A DNA stretch of 64,000 bases from an uncultured Actinomycetes bacterium (GTDB lineage: Bacteria; Actinomycetota; Acidimicrobiia; Spongiisociales; DATADW01): NCBI GenBank assembly GCA_963824995.1, contig CAWGRK010000016.1, positions 1 through 64,000 on the forward strand, given 5' to 3'. Below are positions 1-10,229 of the stretch, in pieces (positions within the stretch are counted from its first letter, which is position 1; each line of letters begins with the position of its first letter). Below the pieces are notes generated by a model, which saw only the letters and a program-made list of their open reading frames with translations, had not been told where the DNA came from and did not search any database. Both the position numbers and the translations under genes were made by a program.

Positions 1-45
1 TTTGGCGTCACTCAATGCGCCATGACCGCGCCAAGTGACGCCAAA
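1..45. terminator. 12-bp perfect inverted repeat (TTTGGCGTCACT/AGTGACGCCAAA) just downstream of the ABC permease; terminator or REP-like hairpin
   Basis: Arms at 1-12 and 34-45 with a 21-nt loop, 8 nt past the minus-strand stop at 54; may extend beyond the window edge. Confidence 0.45.
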
Positions 46-53
46 AGTGATCT

Positions 54-887
54 TTACTTGAGCAATCCCTCGGTGACACCGGCCACGACTTGGCGGTGGA
101 AGATCACGTAGACCGCCACCATCGGGAGGGTGATGATGGTGAGCGCCGAGAAGAGCAGGCGGTAGTCGGTCACGTAACGACTGGAGAAGGCGAGCAGTCC
201 GGTGGGGATCGTCTTCAGGGCGTCGTTGGTCACGTAGAGCAGGGCGAGCAGGAACTCGTTCCAGGCGCTCAGCGCCGAGAAGATGGCGACGGTGGCCAGA
301 CCGGGACGGAGCAACGGGAGCACCAGCGTGGTGAACATGCGGACATCGCCGCACCCGTCCACCCGGGCCGCCTCGAACAGTTCCGCGGGAAGAGCGTCGA
401 GATACACCTTGAGCAGGTACACCGCCAGCGACAACCCCATGGCGGCGTAGGGGATGATCAGCGCCCACCTGGTGTCCTTCAGGTTGAGGGGCAGCTCCGA
501 ACAGCGAGTTCTGGGCGATGAAGTACGACTGGATGCGGCATCAGCAGCCCGAGGGCGAACAACCCCGAGCAACAAACCCCTCCCCCTGAACTGGAACCGG
601 CTGAGGGCGAAGGGGGCGGTAAGGGCGGCAAAGAGCAGGATCACCAGTACCGCCGCGGTGGTCACGATGACGCTGTTGAGGGCGTAGCCGCCGATGTTGC
701 CCACCTCCCACGCCTCTGCCCAGCTGCTGAAGTCGATGGTCGCGGGCAGGGCGAGAGGAGCGGAGAAGATCTCGCTGTTCGTCTTGAAGCTCGACCAGGT
801 CATCCAGAGCAGCGGGAAGGCGTAGAGAACGGCGAGCACGGCAAGCAAGGCGAAGAACAGCGGGCGGCTCCCGATCAGGCGCCTCAC
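54..887 (-). CDS. Carbohydrate ABC transporter permease (compensating frameshifts near 490-560)
   Basis: EAA loop 'LPAELFEAARVDGC', 'WNEFLLAL', hydrophobic helices; a short out-of-character stretch indicates local frameshifts. Confidence 0.9.
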   Translation of the reverse strand: MRRLIGSRPLFFALLAVLAVLYAFPLLWMTWSSFKTNSEIFSAPLALPATIDFSSWAEAWEVGNIGGYALNSVIVTTAAVLVILLFAALTAPFALSRFQFRGRGLLLGVVRPRAADAASSRTSSPRTRCSELPLNLKDTRWALIIPYAAMGLSLAVYLLKVYLDALPAELFEAARVDGCGDVRMFTTLVLPLLRPGLATVAIFSALSAWNEFLLALLYVTNDALKTIPTGLLAFSSRYVTDYRLLFSALTIITLPMVAVYVIFHRQVVAGVTEGLLK

Positions 888-911
888 GCCGCTGCCTCGC
901 CAACTCCGGTG

Positions 912-1772
912 TCACGCCGTCGGACGCCGCACATAAACCAGGCTCACGGCCAGCACCACCAGCGTCATCACCACAGCCATCGCCGACCCGTAGCCGACCT
1001 CCTGGTTGCGGAAGACCACCTTGACCAGGTACGTGGTGGGGATCTCGGTGGCGCCGTACGGGCCACCGTTGGTCAGGACGTAGAACAGGTCGAACGCCTG
1101 GAACCCGCCGGTGATGCACAACAGCAGCGCCACCTCGATGACGTTGCGGATCATCGGGACCCTCACCCGCCAGAAGCTCTGTATCTCGCTCGCCCCGTCG
1201 ATCCGGGCGGCCTCGACCACCTCGTTGGGTATCTGCTTGAAGCCGGCGTAGAAGATGACCATGTAGAACCCGGCGAAGACCCATCCCGAGACCACCGACA
1301 CCGCAGCGAGCGCGGTGTCGGTGTCTCCCAGCCAGACCCTGGTGAGGCCATCGAGTCCCATCGCCTCCAACCCCGAGTTGACCAGGCCGAAATCGGGGTT
1401 GTAGACGAAGCCCCAGAGCACCGCTACCACCACCATGGGGAGCAGGACGGGGATGAAGAAGGCCACGCGGAAGAACCCGGTCCCCCGCGGACGGGCCGTG
1501 ACCAGACCGGCCAACAACAGCCCGACGAACACCTCGAGGATGATCGTCAGGACGATGTAGATGGTGACGTGGAGGAACGAGGCGCGGAAGATCGGGTCGG
1601 TGGCGGCCCGGACGTAGTTGGCGAATCCCACCGGGTCGAACGGGCCGAACCCGTTCCAGTCGAAGAAGCTGAATCCGGCCGTGGCGATGATCGGTCCCAG
1701 TACCGCGAACGTGAACAGCGCCAGCGCCGGCGCCATCAGCAGGTACGGGGTTGCTCTACGCCGCGGCCGCAT
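912..1772 (-). CDS. Carbohydrate ABC transporter permease
   Basis: 'IPNEVVEAARIDGAS' EAA motif, 'LTNGGP', TM helices. Confidence 0.93.
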   Translation of the reverse strand: MRPRRRATPYLLMAPALALFTFAVLGPIIATAGFSFFDWNGFGPFDPVGFANYVRAATDPIFRASFLHVTIYIVLTIILEVFVGLLLAGLVTARPRGTGFFRVAFFIPVLLPMVVVAVLWGFVYNPDFGLVNSGLEAMGLDGLTRVWLGDTDTALAAVSVVSGWVFAGFYMVIFYAGFKQIPNEVVEAARIDGASEIQSFWRVRVPMIRNVIEVALLLCITGGFQAFDLFYVLTNGGPYGATEIPTTYLVKVVFRNQEVGYGSAMAVVMTLVVLAVSLVYVRRPTA

Positions 1773-1783
1773 CCAGTCCCTCG

Positions 1784-3132
1784 CTACTGGTCGAGTTTGG
1801 CCTGGGCTGCGGTGGCCGCCTCCTCCGGTGTGCGCACCCCACCGAGCACCTCGGCCTCGGCCGCGTACAGGGCGTCGGCGACTTCGAGGTCGTAGCCGGT
1901 GTCGGGCGGGGCGATCAGCGCCTCCGAGCCCTGCATCAATTCCATCAGCGAGAGCAGCCGCGCGTCGATGTCCTCGCGGTCGAGGGCTCCGGTGGCGAGC
2001 GGCGTCCCTCCAGCGTCCACCATCTGCGTGGTGAACTCGGGTGAGGAGAACAGGGTGAGGAAGTCAACCGCGGTGTCGATGTTCTCCGACTGGGCGTTGA
2101 CCACGTATCCGGTGGCCACCGCGATCACGGAGTCCTGTGTCCCCTCACCGGGCATCTCGGGAAGGTTGAAGTAGTCGAAGTTGAGATCGGGCGCCTCCTC
2201 GATGGCCCAGGACACCAGCCAACTCCCGATCGGGTGCATCGCCGCCTCTCCTTGGAAGAAGAGCTGGGCACCCTCGTTGTCGTCGATGGCGTTGGCGCTC
2301 TCATTGACTATGCCGGTCTCGGAGAGCTCGGCGACGTATCCGAGAGCATCGACGATCTCGGGGGAGTCCATCGGGACCGCCTGGGTCATCATCTGGTCGT
2401 ACATCTCCTCGCCGATCACCCGCGACACCATGTGTGATGTCCAGTTGCCCGCCGCCCAAAGATCCTTGTTGCCGGTGGCGATGGGGATGATCCCGGCATC
2501 TTTGATCGTTTGGGATACCTCGATCAACTCGTCCCATGTGGTCGGTGGGGTGAGACCGAGGTCCTCGAAGATGTCGACGTTGTACCACATGACCGTGGTG
2601 ACGTCGGCGTTGCCCGGAACCATCACTACCTTGTCGTCGATCTCCATCCCGTTGTAGGCGCCCGGCTCGAAGTAGCTCCCCAATTCACCATCGACAGCCT
2701 CGGTCAGGTCGGCGACGAAGCCCTCGTCGTACCGGCTCTGGAGCCGGGCCCCGGCCCATTCGAAATACACGTCCGGGGCGTCGCCACCGTTGAGCAGGTT
2801 GGGAAGCCCGATCGTCTGGTAGAGGTCGTCGTCCTGGAAGTTGAACTCGACGGTGACGTTGGGGTTGGCGTCCTCGAAGGCTGCCTTGGCCGCCTCCCAT
2901 ACCGCGATCTGGGCCTCGCCCGGCGAGCCCATGGCAACCCGGAGCGTTATGTCCTCGGCGGTTGCCGCAGCCGTGGTCTCGGCACCACCGGTCGTGGCTC
3001 CCGTGGTTCGGCCGGCTCGGTACCACCGGTGGTCCCTCCACATGCCACCAGCACGAGTGCCATGGAGAGTGCCAGCGGGGTGAGCAGACGGGCCGAAGGC
3101 CGAGTCGGTCTTGGGTTCTTCATCGTTCTCAT
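1784..3132 (-). CDS. Sugar ABC transporter substrate-binding lipoprotein (frameshift near 3020-3045)
   Basis: Signal peptide and lipobox 'LVLVACGG' in ORF 2947-3132 join the SBP_bac_1-type body in ORF 1784-3043 (WYNVDIFEDLGLTPPTTWDEL). Confidence 0.88.
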
Positions 3133-4736
3133 TCCTTTCTTTCGGTCATCTCGGCGAGTGTCATCTCGAGGACATCGCCGAACACCCTGTGTGGATCGGA
3201 TCTGAGACGGTCGAGCGCATCTGCCGCCGCCGACCGATCAGGGTCGGCGGCGATGACGGAGACCGCGTCTGCTCCGGCACGGAACTTCTCGAGCCACGGC
3301 AGCAACTCGGCCTGCAGTCGGCGGTTCTCCATGCCATCCCCGAGCAGGTGGTCGGCGGCGGCGCGCAGGTCATCGGCGAAGCCACCGAGGGCACGCCGGG
3401 CATCGACCGGGTCGCCGTACTCCGATTCGAAGGAGAACCGGTCGAGCGCTTCGGTCAATGCCTTGGATTCGGGCTCGGAGAGACAGCTTGCCCGAACCGT
3501 GTCTGCGAACAGAGCCAGAGGAGCGGCGTCGGAGACACCACCAACCCGTTCGATCGCCGCCCGCCAACTCGTCTCCGGGTCGTAGCCGTTCGGGTCCCAG
3601 AGAAAGTCGGCGATGGTGGAGATGGCGAGCTTGGAAGCTTCGGCGTGTTCCATGGCGTTGGCCAGGATCCCCACGCAGAAGCGGTCGAGATCCCGATCAC
3701 GGTTCTGGTATGGCCCGATGTGCATCTCGTTGGTCATTGCCACGTCGTTGACCGGGTAGTTGTCCCAGTAGAGAGGTGGGCGGTGCGTGGCACGGGCGAA
3801 CCGGACCGCCTCGGTGGCGGTGATGGCGGGCGAGCACACAGCCCTCCCTGTCCAGAACAGATCGACTCGAGGATCGAGATCACCGGCGAGGCGCGTGATG
3901 TACTCCTCGTCGCCGTCGCCCCAATAGAGCGTTGGGCAGACCGCAAGCGGTACCCGGGTTGGTGCCAGTGCCTCGCCGACCCGGTTGGCGGTGGCGGCGT
4001 GGGCGGTCGCCAGATCGGGGAAGGCCTCGATGTCTGCGGGATGCTGTAACCGGTCGGGGATGTCGTCGAGCAGGAGGGCGATCCTCGACGCTCCCAGTCC
4101 GACCAGGTCGAGAATCTTCTCCTCGAGGAGACCGGCGTCCTCGTGGCTGGAGTACCGCATGGACAGGCCCGGGGAGACACCGATCATTGGGTCGATGTCG
4201 AGCGAGCGACACCGTCCGATCAGCGCCTCGAGGCGTCGCCGCCACTCGGCTTGGTGCGGCCTGCGCCAGTCGCGGCGCAAATATGGATCGTCCTTCGGGG
4301 CATAGAGGAATGTGTTGAGCCTCTTTTTCGCCGCGAAGTCGATCATGTCGAGTCGCGCCTCATCGCTCCACGGCGGGCCGTAGTACCCCTCGATGACGCC
4401 CCGCAGGGCGAAGGCGGGACCGCAGAGTTGCTCGCCCCGAACCCATGAAGAAGCCCCGAGCCGATCGCCCAGTTCGATGAGCGCCCAGCGGAGAGAGCGA
4501 GTGCCGCTGACCGTGGCCCGGACCGGCTCACCTGGTGAACCGCAACTGAGGAGGAAGCTCTCGTCGGTGGCTCGGCGGTGCACCGGGTCATAAGCAAGCT
4601 GGGGGTCGGTACTGCAAATCACTTCGACGGCGAGGTCGCTGGGGCCCGAGTGCGGAGTGAGCCCCGCCTGGCGGGCGATCCCGTCGAGTCGCTCGCGCCC
4701 GATCTCTGGAGGCACCGACAGCCACTGAACGCTCAC
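3129..4736 (-). CDS. GH84 beta-N-acetylglucosaminidase (O-GlcNAcase family)
   Basis: GH84 motifs GVIEGYYGPPWS, YAPKDDPY, catalytic LLLDDIP, CPTLY, FWTG, WDNYPVND; no signal peptide. Confidence 0.92.
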   Translation of the reverse strand: MSVQWLSVPPEIGRERLDGIARQAGLTPHSGPSDLAVEVICSTDPQLAYDPVHRRATDESFLLSCGSPGEPVRATVSGTRSLRWALIELGDRLGASSWVRGEQLCGPAFALRGVIEGYYGPPWSDEARLDMIDFAAKKRLNTFLYAPKDDPYLRRDWRRPHQAEWRRRLEALIGRCRSLDIDPMIGVSPGLSMRYSSHEDAGLLEEKILDLVGLGASRIALLLDDIPDRLQHPADIEAFPDLATAHAATANRVGEALAPTRVPLAVCPTLYWGDGDEEYITRLAGDLDPRVDLFWTGRAVCSPAITATEAVRFARATHRPPLYWDNYPVNDVAMTNEMHIGPYQNRDRDLDRFCVGILANAMEHAEASKLAISTIADFLWDPNGYDPETSWRAAIERVGGVSDAAPLALFADTVRASCLSEPESKALTEALDRFSFESEYGDPVDARRALGGFADDLRAAADHLLGDGMENRRLQAELLPWLEKFRAGADAVSVIAADPDRSAAADALDRLRSDPHRVFGDVLEMTLAEMTERKE

Positions 4737-5473
4737 AACGCCGCGACCCTTTCTCGGTAGCGGGCGGCCAACTTGGAGTTGGCGGCGGTCCCCCCGGAGA
4801 GGTTGCTGCTGGTGAACAGATCGACGACGATTCCCTTCTGGGTAAGGACCTCCACGGACTCGGCGACGATGGCATTGATGATGGCCGCACCGGCGACTGT
4901 CGAAGTCGGTGCCACCGGCGACTCCACCCCCTCGATGGTGATGCTGGCGTCGCCCGCGGCGCCATGGTTGTCGATGATCTCGTCTGCAAGCTCCAGCAGA
5001 CTTACCACGTCACCCTCCGAAGCCGATCTCTCGGCATGGGCCACACTGACGATGGCCACGACGCTCGCCCCAGCGGCGATGGCCGCAGCAGCCAGTTCTT
5101 CGCACGCCGCGTTGCCACCGGAGTTGGAGGCCACGATCAGCGTGTCGCCGGCGCGGAATGGCAAGTCGTCCAGCAGGTCCCCGATGATCCCGCGGCGCCG
5201 CTCCAGTTCCGTGCTTCGCTCGGCGCCGGTGTGGAGCATCAGGGAATCCACCAGGATCGGATTGACCGCAGCCAGACCGCCAGCCCGGTAGAACAACTCC
5301 TCGGCGAGCATATGGGAGTGCCCGGTACCGAAGGCATGAACCAATCCTCCGCGGGCCACGGTATCGGCCACCGCTTCCGCTGCTCTCCGGATCGCCGGCC
5401 ATTGGTCGTTGGCGATTGCGGTGAGAATCGTCATCGCCCCTGAGAGATACCTCTGCCCGGCGGTCTGGCTCAT
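4733..5473 (-). CDS. SIS-domain sugar isomerase-like protein (UPF0309-like)
   Basis: FGTGHSHMLAEELFYRAGGL, SNSGGN, PTST motifs; 4-nt overlaps with neighbours. Confidence 0.88.
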   Translation of the reverse strand: MSQTAGQRYLSGAMTILTAIANDQWPAIRRAAEAVADTVARGGLVHAFGTGHSHMLAEELFYRAGGLAAVNPILVDSLMLHTGAERSTELERRRGIIGDLLDDLPFRAGDTLIVASNSGGNAACEELAAAAIAAGASVVAIVSVAHAERSASEGDVVSLLELADEIIDNHGAAGDASITIEGVESPVAPTSTVAGAAIINAIVAESVEVLTQKGIVVDLFTSSNLSGGTAANSKLAARYRERVAAL

Positions 5474-6391
5474 GGAGCCGACCTCACCATCGTGAGCAGC
5501 TGGGCGTAGGGCCCGGGTTCATCCGTCTCCGCCAAGCGCGCCGCACCGTCGAGTGCGGAGCTCTTGGCACCGGTCACTTCCGCCGAGGGGTGACGGGCGA
5601 GAATCCCGGCGCTCACCCGTCCGAAGAAGTCCTCGTTCTCGACGAGCAGCCGACCGCCGAGCGCCACCACCACGTCATCTCCAAGAAAGACGACACCTGC
5701 GGAGACGGTGTCAGCCAGGCGGGAGGCGGCATCGGCAACGATGCTTTCAGCCACCGAGTCGCCTGCGGCCGCCTCGGCGAGCACCGTCGGGGCGAACTGG
5801 GCGATGGTGTCCACCGGCCGGGGCAGTCGGTGGATACGCGAGGCCAACCCGTCGAGCGGGCCGAGGAGGTCTTCTACCGCCGTGGTGAGGGCCGTGGCCG
5901 GTGCGCGACCCTCGTCGGCGGCGAGGGCCCGGCGTATCCCGTTTCGGCCCAACCAGAAGGCCCCTCCTTCGTCACCCAACAGGTAGCCGGCACCGTCAAA
6001 ACGCCGTGAGCGGCCGCTCCCGTCGAGCGCCAGGCACGCCACACCGGTTCCCACCGAGAGCGCGACACCGGTGGTGCCGTCGAGGGCTCCGGCGTGGGCG
6101 ATCACTTCGTCCCCGCACACCCAGACCTCACCGGCACCGGTCACGTCTGCGATCAGACCGGCGAGGTGGAGTCGGGCCTCGGGCGCGTCGGGGACGCGTG
6201 GTGAGTCCGGCGACGATGCGCAAGGGCCGTTCCAGCCGCCCGTTCCAGAGTTGGCGGACGGCGGCGACCACCGCGGCGTCGGTGTCCTCCTCGAGGTGGC
6301 TCACCCCGGGCGCCACCGACACCGGGTGCTCGTTCGAGACCCGCATCCGGATCTGTGACTGGCCCCCGTCTATCCCGACGGTGACGCTCAC
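5470..6391 (-). CDS. BadF/BadG-type N-acetylglucosamine kinase (frameshifted near 6140-6200)
   Basis: N-terminal GIDGGQS (ORF 6128-6391) plus SVGTG and GYLLGDEGGAFWLG (ORF 5470-6144). Confidence 0.85.
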
Positions 6392-7074
6392 GGCAGCCTC
6401 GGCATCTCTGCCGTGAACGCGTTCGGGGTCAGGACGACGTGAAGCTGGTACATGTCGCTGCGGTAGAAACAGGTTGCCGCCATCACCCGGCGCCGGCGGT
6501 TGTCGAGGTAGTCCATCTCGATCCGGAGACAGGGCATCTCCGGGTCGATGCCGAGCACCGCCGCAGTGGCCACGTCGGCATTGGCGGCGCCGATGGTGCT
6601 CGAGGTCTCACCGAGGACGATCCCGAACTTGTCGGCGAGCGTCTCGAAGAGCGAACCGGATAGATCATCTCGGGTGATGCCCCGGACCATCTCGGCCGGC
6701 ATCCAGGTGGTCTCGACCGCGATGGGCGCGTCATCAGCGAGGCGCAGCCGGGTGAACCGGACCTCCTCTTCACCCGGGAGCAATTCAAGGCGACCCGCGC
6801 CCACGGGTCCGGCAGGCCCAACACAGAAGTCAAGGACCCTTGCGCCGGGGGAAAGCCCTCTTCGCCTCATGTCGGCTGTGAACGACGACAAACCGAGCGT
6901 CTTCGCATAGGGCATCTGGGCGACGTAAGTACCCGAGCCGCGCCGGCGTTCCAGCCATCCCTCGGCGACGACTGACTCGATCGCCTTGCGTGCCGTCATC
7001 CGCGCCACGCCCCAACGGACGGCGAGTTCGCGTTCGCTCGGGATCTTCTGCCCGAACTCGAGCCCTGCCACCAT
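6388..7074 (-). CDS. GntR/HutC-family (UTRA) regulator, DasR/NagR-like; frame is open upstream to a CTG at 7113
   Basis: IPSERELAVRWGVARMTARKA HTH, RRRGSGTYV, SFTADM and UTRA domain; heads the GlcNAc operon. Confidence 0.92.
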   Translation of the reverse strand: MVAGLEFGQKIPSERELAVRWGVARMTARKAIESVVAEGWLERRRGSGTYVAQMPYAKTLGLSSFTADMRRRGLSPGARVLDFCVGPAGPVGAGRLELLPGEEEVRFTRLRLADDAPIAVETTWMPAEMVRGITRDDLSGSLFETLADKFGIVLGETSSTIGAANADVATAAVLGIDPEMPCLRIEMDYLDNRRRRVMAATCFYRSDMYQLHVVLTPNAFTAEMPRLP

Positions 7075-7115
7075 GTGGCGCAGTTGCTGGACGGCCTCGG
7101 CGCTCTTGATCAGGA

Positions 7116-7200
7116 GTTGGACTATACCGCTTTGGTCTATCGAGGTGTGACAAAACCCCTGAGTCCAACGAAGAATGTCGACCGATTGGTATAGTCAGCT
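7116..7200. promoter_or_regulatory. Two dre-like (DasR/NagR) operators
   Basis: GTTGGACTATACCGCT (7116-7131) and ATTGGTATAGTCAGCT (7185-7200) share an inverted GGTATAGTC core and resemble dre consensus sites. Confidence 0.7.
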
Positions 7201-7222
7201 TGTACCCGACCTGCGAGATTCG

Positions 7223-7816
7223 ATGGTGATCCGAGAGGTCGAGGCGTCGGACCTCGACGCTCTGTATGAGGTCTGCCTCCGCACCGGCGCCGCCGGAGAC
7301 GACGCCACCGCGATGTATGAGGACCCCCGCCTGCTCGGCGAGGTCTACGTCGGTCCTTACGTGATTCTGGACGGCACCATCGGGTTCACCGCGGTGGACG
7401 AGCGCGGTCCCGGCGGGTACGCCCTCGCCGCAGCGGACACCCGACGGTTCGAACAGCAGTGCGAAGCGGATTGGTGGCCGGCCCTGCGCGTCCGCCATCC
7501 CGACCCCGGCGCCCATCCCGCGAACCCGGACGAAGAAATCGTTGCCTTGATCCACCGTCCATCACGGGCACCGGATGCAGTGGTGGACGAATACCCAGCG
7601 CACCTCCACATCGATCTACTCCCCCGTCTCCAAGGCAAGGGGGTCGGAGGGAGGCTCATGAAGAGGTTGCTCGAGGCCCTCGCCGAGCAGAAGGTGACCG
7701 GGGTCCATCTCGAGGTGGCACCCGAGAACCAGCGGGCGATCGGGTTCTACCGTCATCTCGGATTCTCCCATCTGAGCCGTCAACGGGGAGGCGTCTTCAT
7801 GGGGATCCATCTGTGA
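7223..7816 (+). CDS. GNAT-family acetyltransferase related to the O-GlcNAcase C-terminal pseudo-HAT domain
   Basis: IREVEASDLDALYEVCLRTG...DPRLLGEVYVGPY...YPAHLHIDLLPRLQGKGVG...NQRAIGFYRHLGF; ATG 7223 preferred over 7175 because the latter would put an operator inside the CDS. Confidence 0.88.
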   Translation: MVIREVEASDLDALYEVCLRTGAAGDDATAMYEDPRLLGEVYVGPYVILDGTIGFTAVDERGPGGYALAAADTRRFEQQCEADWWPALRVRHPDPGAHPANPDEEIVALIHRPSRAPDAVVDEYPAHLHIDLLPRLQGKGVGGRLMKRLLEALAEQKVTGVHLEVAPENQRAIGFYRHLGFSHLSRQRGGVFMGIHL

Positions 7817-7875
7817 CAGGTTGGTGCAACGCGAAGATCGGGTAGGTAGGTCATAGATCGATCAAAGGAGATGCG

Positions 7876-8247
7876 ATGGACTTCAACAGCATCATGATCG
7901 GGTCAGAGGACCCGAAGCGACTGGCGGAGTACTACACGAAACTGTTCGGGCCTTCGGTATTCGAGAGTGAAGACGACTTCACCGGATGGCAGGTGGGGAG
8001 CGGTTGGATCACCGTTGGACCGCACGACCAAGTCAGCGGTCGCAACGCCCAGCCGGGGCGGATCATGTGGAACATCGAAACCCCCGACGTCAAGGCCGAG
8101 TTCGAGCGGCTCAAGGCTGCCGGCGCCAACGTCGTCAAGGAGCCATATGAACCCGGGGAGGGAATGTGGATCGCCACTTTCTCCGATCCCGATGACAACT
8201 ACTTCCAGTTGATGAGCCCGATGAGCGAGCAGGCGCCCTCGGCCTAG
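7876..8247 (+). CDS. VOC/glyoxalase family protein
   Basis: AAGGAG RBS; 'LAEYYTKLFG', 'ATFSDPDDNYFQL'. Confidence 0.9.
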   Translation: MDFNSIMIGSEDPKRLAEYYTKLFGPSVFESEDDFTGWQVGSGWITVGPHDQVSGRNAQPGRIMWNIETPDVKAEFERLKAAGANVVKEPYEPGEGMWIATFSDPDDNYFQLMSPMSEQAPSA

Positions 8248-8267
8248 ATCCAACCAAGAAGGAACAA

Positions 8268-8682
8268 CTAGGTCTGCGGCGGTTGGGGTACCCACTCCCA
8301 GGTGTCCTGGAAGAACAGGCAGAACGGGTGCCCCGCCGGGTCGAGCATGACCCGTCACGTCATCCTGCGGTTGGTGGTCGGCCTGCTCTGCACCCGCTTC
8401 GACCGCCCACGCCACCGCAGCATCGAGGTCATCGACTGCGATGTCGAGATGGCTCATCATCTGCTGATCACCTTGCGCCGCCGGCCACAGGGGGCGCACA
8501 TAGATCTACTCCTGTTGGAACGAGAGCCCGGGGCCGCCATGAGGCGGCTTGAGCACCACCCAGTCGGGGTCTGGTTGCTGGAGTGACCAACCCAACAGCC
8601 GTTGGTAGAAGTCGGCGAGGGCCCGGGGATCCGGGGCATCTAGCACGGTCGCCGAGAGTTCGAGACGGGGACGGTGGCTCAC
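8268..8682 (-). pseudogene. VOC family protein interrupted by an in-frame TAG (8506-8508) and a frameshift near 8352
   Basis: Manual translation: ATVLDAPDPRALADFYQRLLGW...GLSFQQE*IYVRPLWP...QMMSHLDIAVDDLDAAV...(shift)VMLDPAGHPFCLF. Confidence 0.7.
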
Positions 8683-8691
8683 CGACCCACG

Positions 8692-9481
8692 CTACCCGGC
8701 GTTCAGGCGGACCAGCAGCGGGGCGTGATCGGAGGGCTTGGTCCCCGGAACCGTGCTCACCTTGCGATAAGCCCGCTCCACCGAGGCTGCTTGCAACCGC
8801 CGGGGCGAGATGCGTGCTCACCAGGGCATGGTCGATGCGCAAGCCATATCCCTTGGGGAAATGCCCGGCGCGGTAGTCCCACCAGGTGAACCCGGGCTCG
8901 TCCGGGTTGAGGTGCCTGAAAGCATCGATGTAACCGGTGTCGCGCACAGAAGCCCATCGGGATCGTTCCTCCGGGGTGATGTGGGTTGCACCGTGCACCT
9001 GGGACGGGTCCCAGACATCGAGATCCGTGGGACAGACGTTGAAGTCACCGGCAATAACCGAAGGTGCAGTGGCAAGTGACTCTGCTCGGTCGGCCATGGC
9101 CTCCAGGAACCTCAACTTGGCGGCGAACTCGTCGGTGCCAACCATCCGGCCGTTTGGCACGTAGACACTGACGAACCGCACATCGCCAACGGTCCCCTCG
9201 ATCCAGCGCGCCTGATCGGGTTCGGGCTCACCCGGCAAGCCGGTGACGACATCGCTGATACCCATTTCATCGCGGGCGAGTATCGCCACCCCCGCCCAGC
9301 GGCCCGCCGAGTGATCGGCGGCGACATACCCGGCTGCATGGAGGGGGAGGTGGGGGAATCCTCCCGGCGTGGACTTCGTCTCCTGGATGAGCGCCACCTC
9401 GGGCCGGTGCAGCTCGAGCAAGGAGAGCAGGCGTGGGAGGCGGGTGAGGAGCGAGTTGACGTTGTACGTCACCACGAGCAC
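8692..9481 (-). CDS. xth: Exodeoxyribonuclease III / AP endonuclease (frameshift near the 3' end)
   Basis: TYNVN, QETK, YVPNG, GDFN, WWDYR, RIDH; terminal KPSDHAP motif recovered in a shifted frame ending at 8692. Confidence 0.92.
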
Positions 9482-9723
9482 GGGTCGGCGAGCCTAACTC
9501 GGCTTGCCCGGCGGGAGGCCGCCGGGCATTTCCAATCGTGCGGCCTTCGGCCGCGAGCCGCGGCACCCCCAATTTCGGAAGGAACGACAAGAGATTCACA
9601 GCATTTCGATCTCTCATCAGCCGAAAAGCGAGAATTCTCGAACAAAGCCTGCACGCACGATCGACTGTTGGCGATGAGAATCCAGGCTGTTCCCGGTCAG
9701 CAACCGTTTCATGAGGAGGATCA

Positions 9724-10185
9724 ATGGCCGACGGCGTCCGGTTCCGCACGACGATCGTTCAATCGGGCAAGAACACAACCGGCATCGAGGTCCCACCCGA
9801 GGTCGTCGAGGCGCTGGGCGCGGGCAAGCGCGCCAAGGTGAAGGTGACGATCGGGGATTACACATACCGGAGCAGCCTCGCCTCCATGGGCGGCGTCCCG
9901 ATGGTGTCACTGAGCGCCGAGAACCGAGCGGGTGCCGGCGTCGCCGGTGGTGACGAGGTCGAGGTCGAGTTGGCAGTGGACCTCGAGGAGCGAACCGTCA
10001 CCGTGCCGCCCGACCTCGCCTCGGCGATGGATGCGGTCCCAGCGGCCCGTGCCACCTTTGACCGCCTGTCGTACAGCAACCAGAGCTGGCACGTTCTCCA
10101 GATCGAGGGGGCGAAGACAGACGAAACCAGGCAACGCCGGATCGCCAAATCCGTCGACGCTCTCGCCGCCGGCCGTCCCCGCTGA
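9724..10185 (+). CDS. DUF1905 / YdeI-OmpD-associated (OmdA) family protein
   Basis: TGIEVPPEVVEALG...VPPDLA...FDRLSYS...AKTDETRQRRIAK; GAGGAGG RBS. Confidence 0.88.
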   Translation: MADGVRFRTTIVQSGKNTTGIEVPPEVVEALGAGKRAKVKVTIGDYTYRSSLASMGGVPMVSLSAENRAGAGVAGGDEVEVELAVDLEERTVTVPPDLASAMDAVPAARATFDRLSYSNQSWHVLQIEGAKTDETRQRRIAKSVDALAAGRPR

Positions 10186-10229
10186 CAGCAGGGCCCACTC
10201 GACAACCTCAGCCGACGGGTTCCATGCGA

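Noticed and set aside
9629..9650. LexA/SOS box upstream of xth (CGAGAATTCTCGAAC)
   Set aside because: A 12-bp palindrome is present, but it does not fit TCGAAC-N4-GTTCGA
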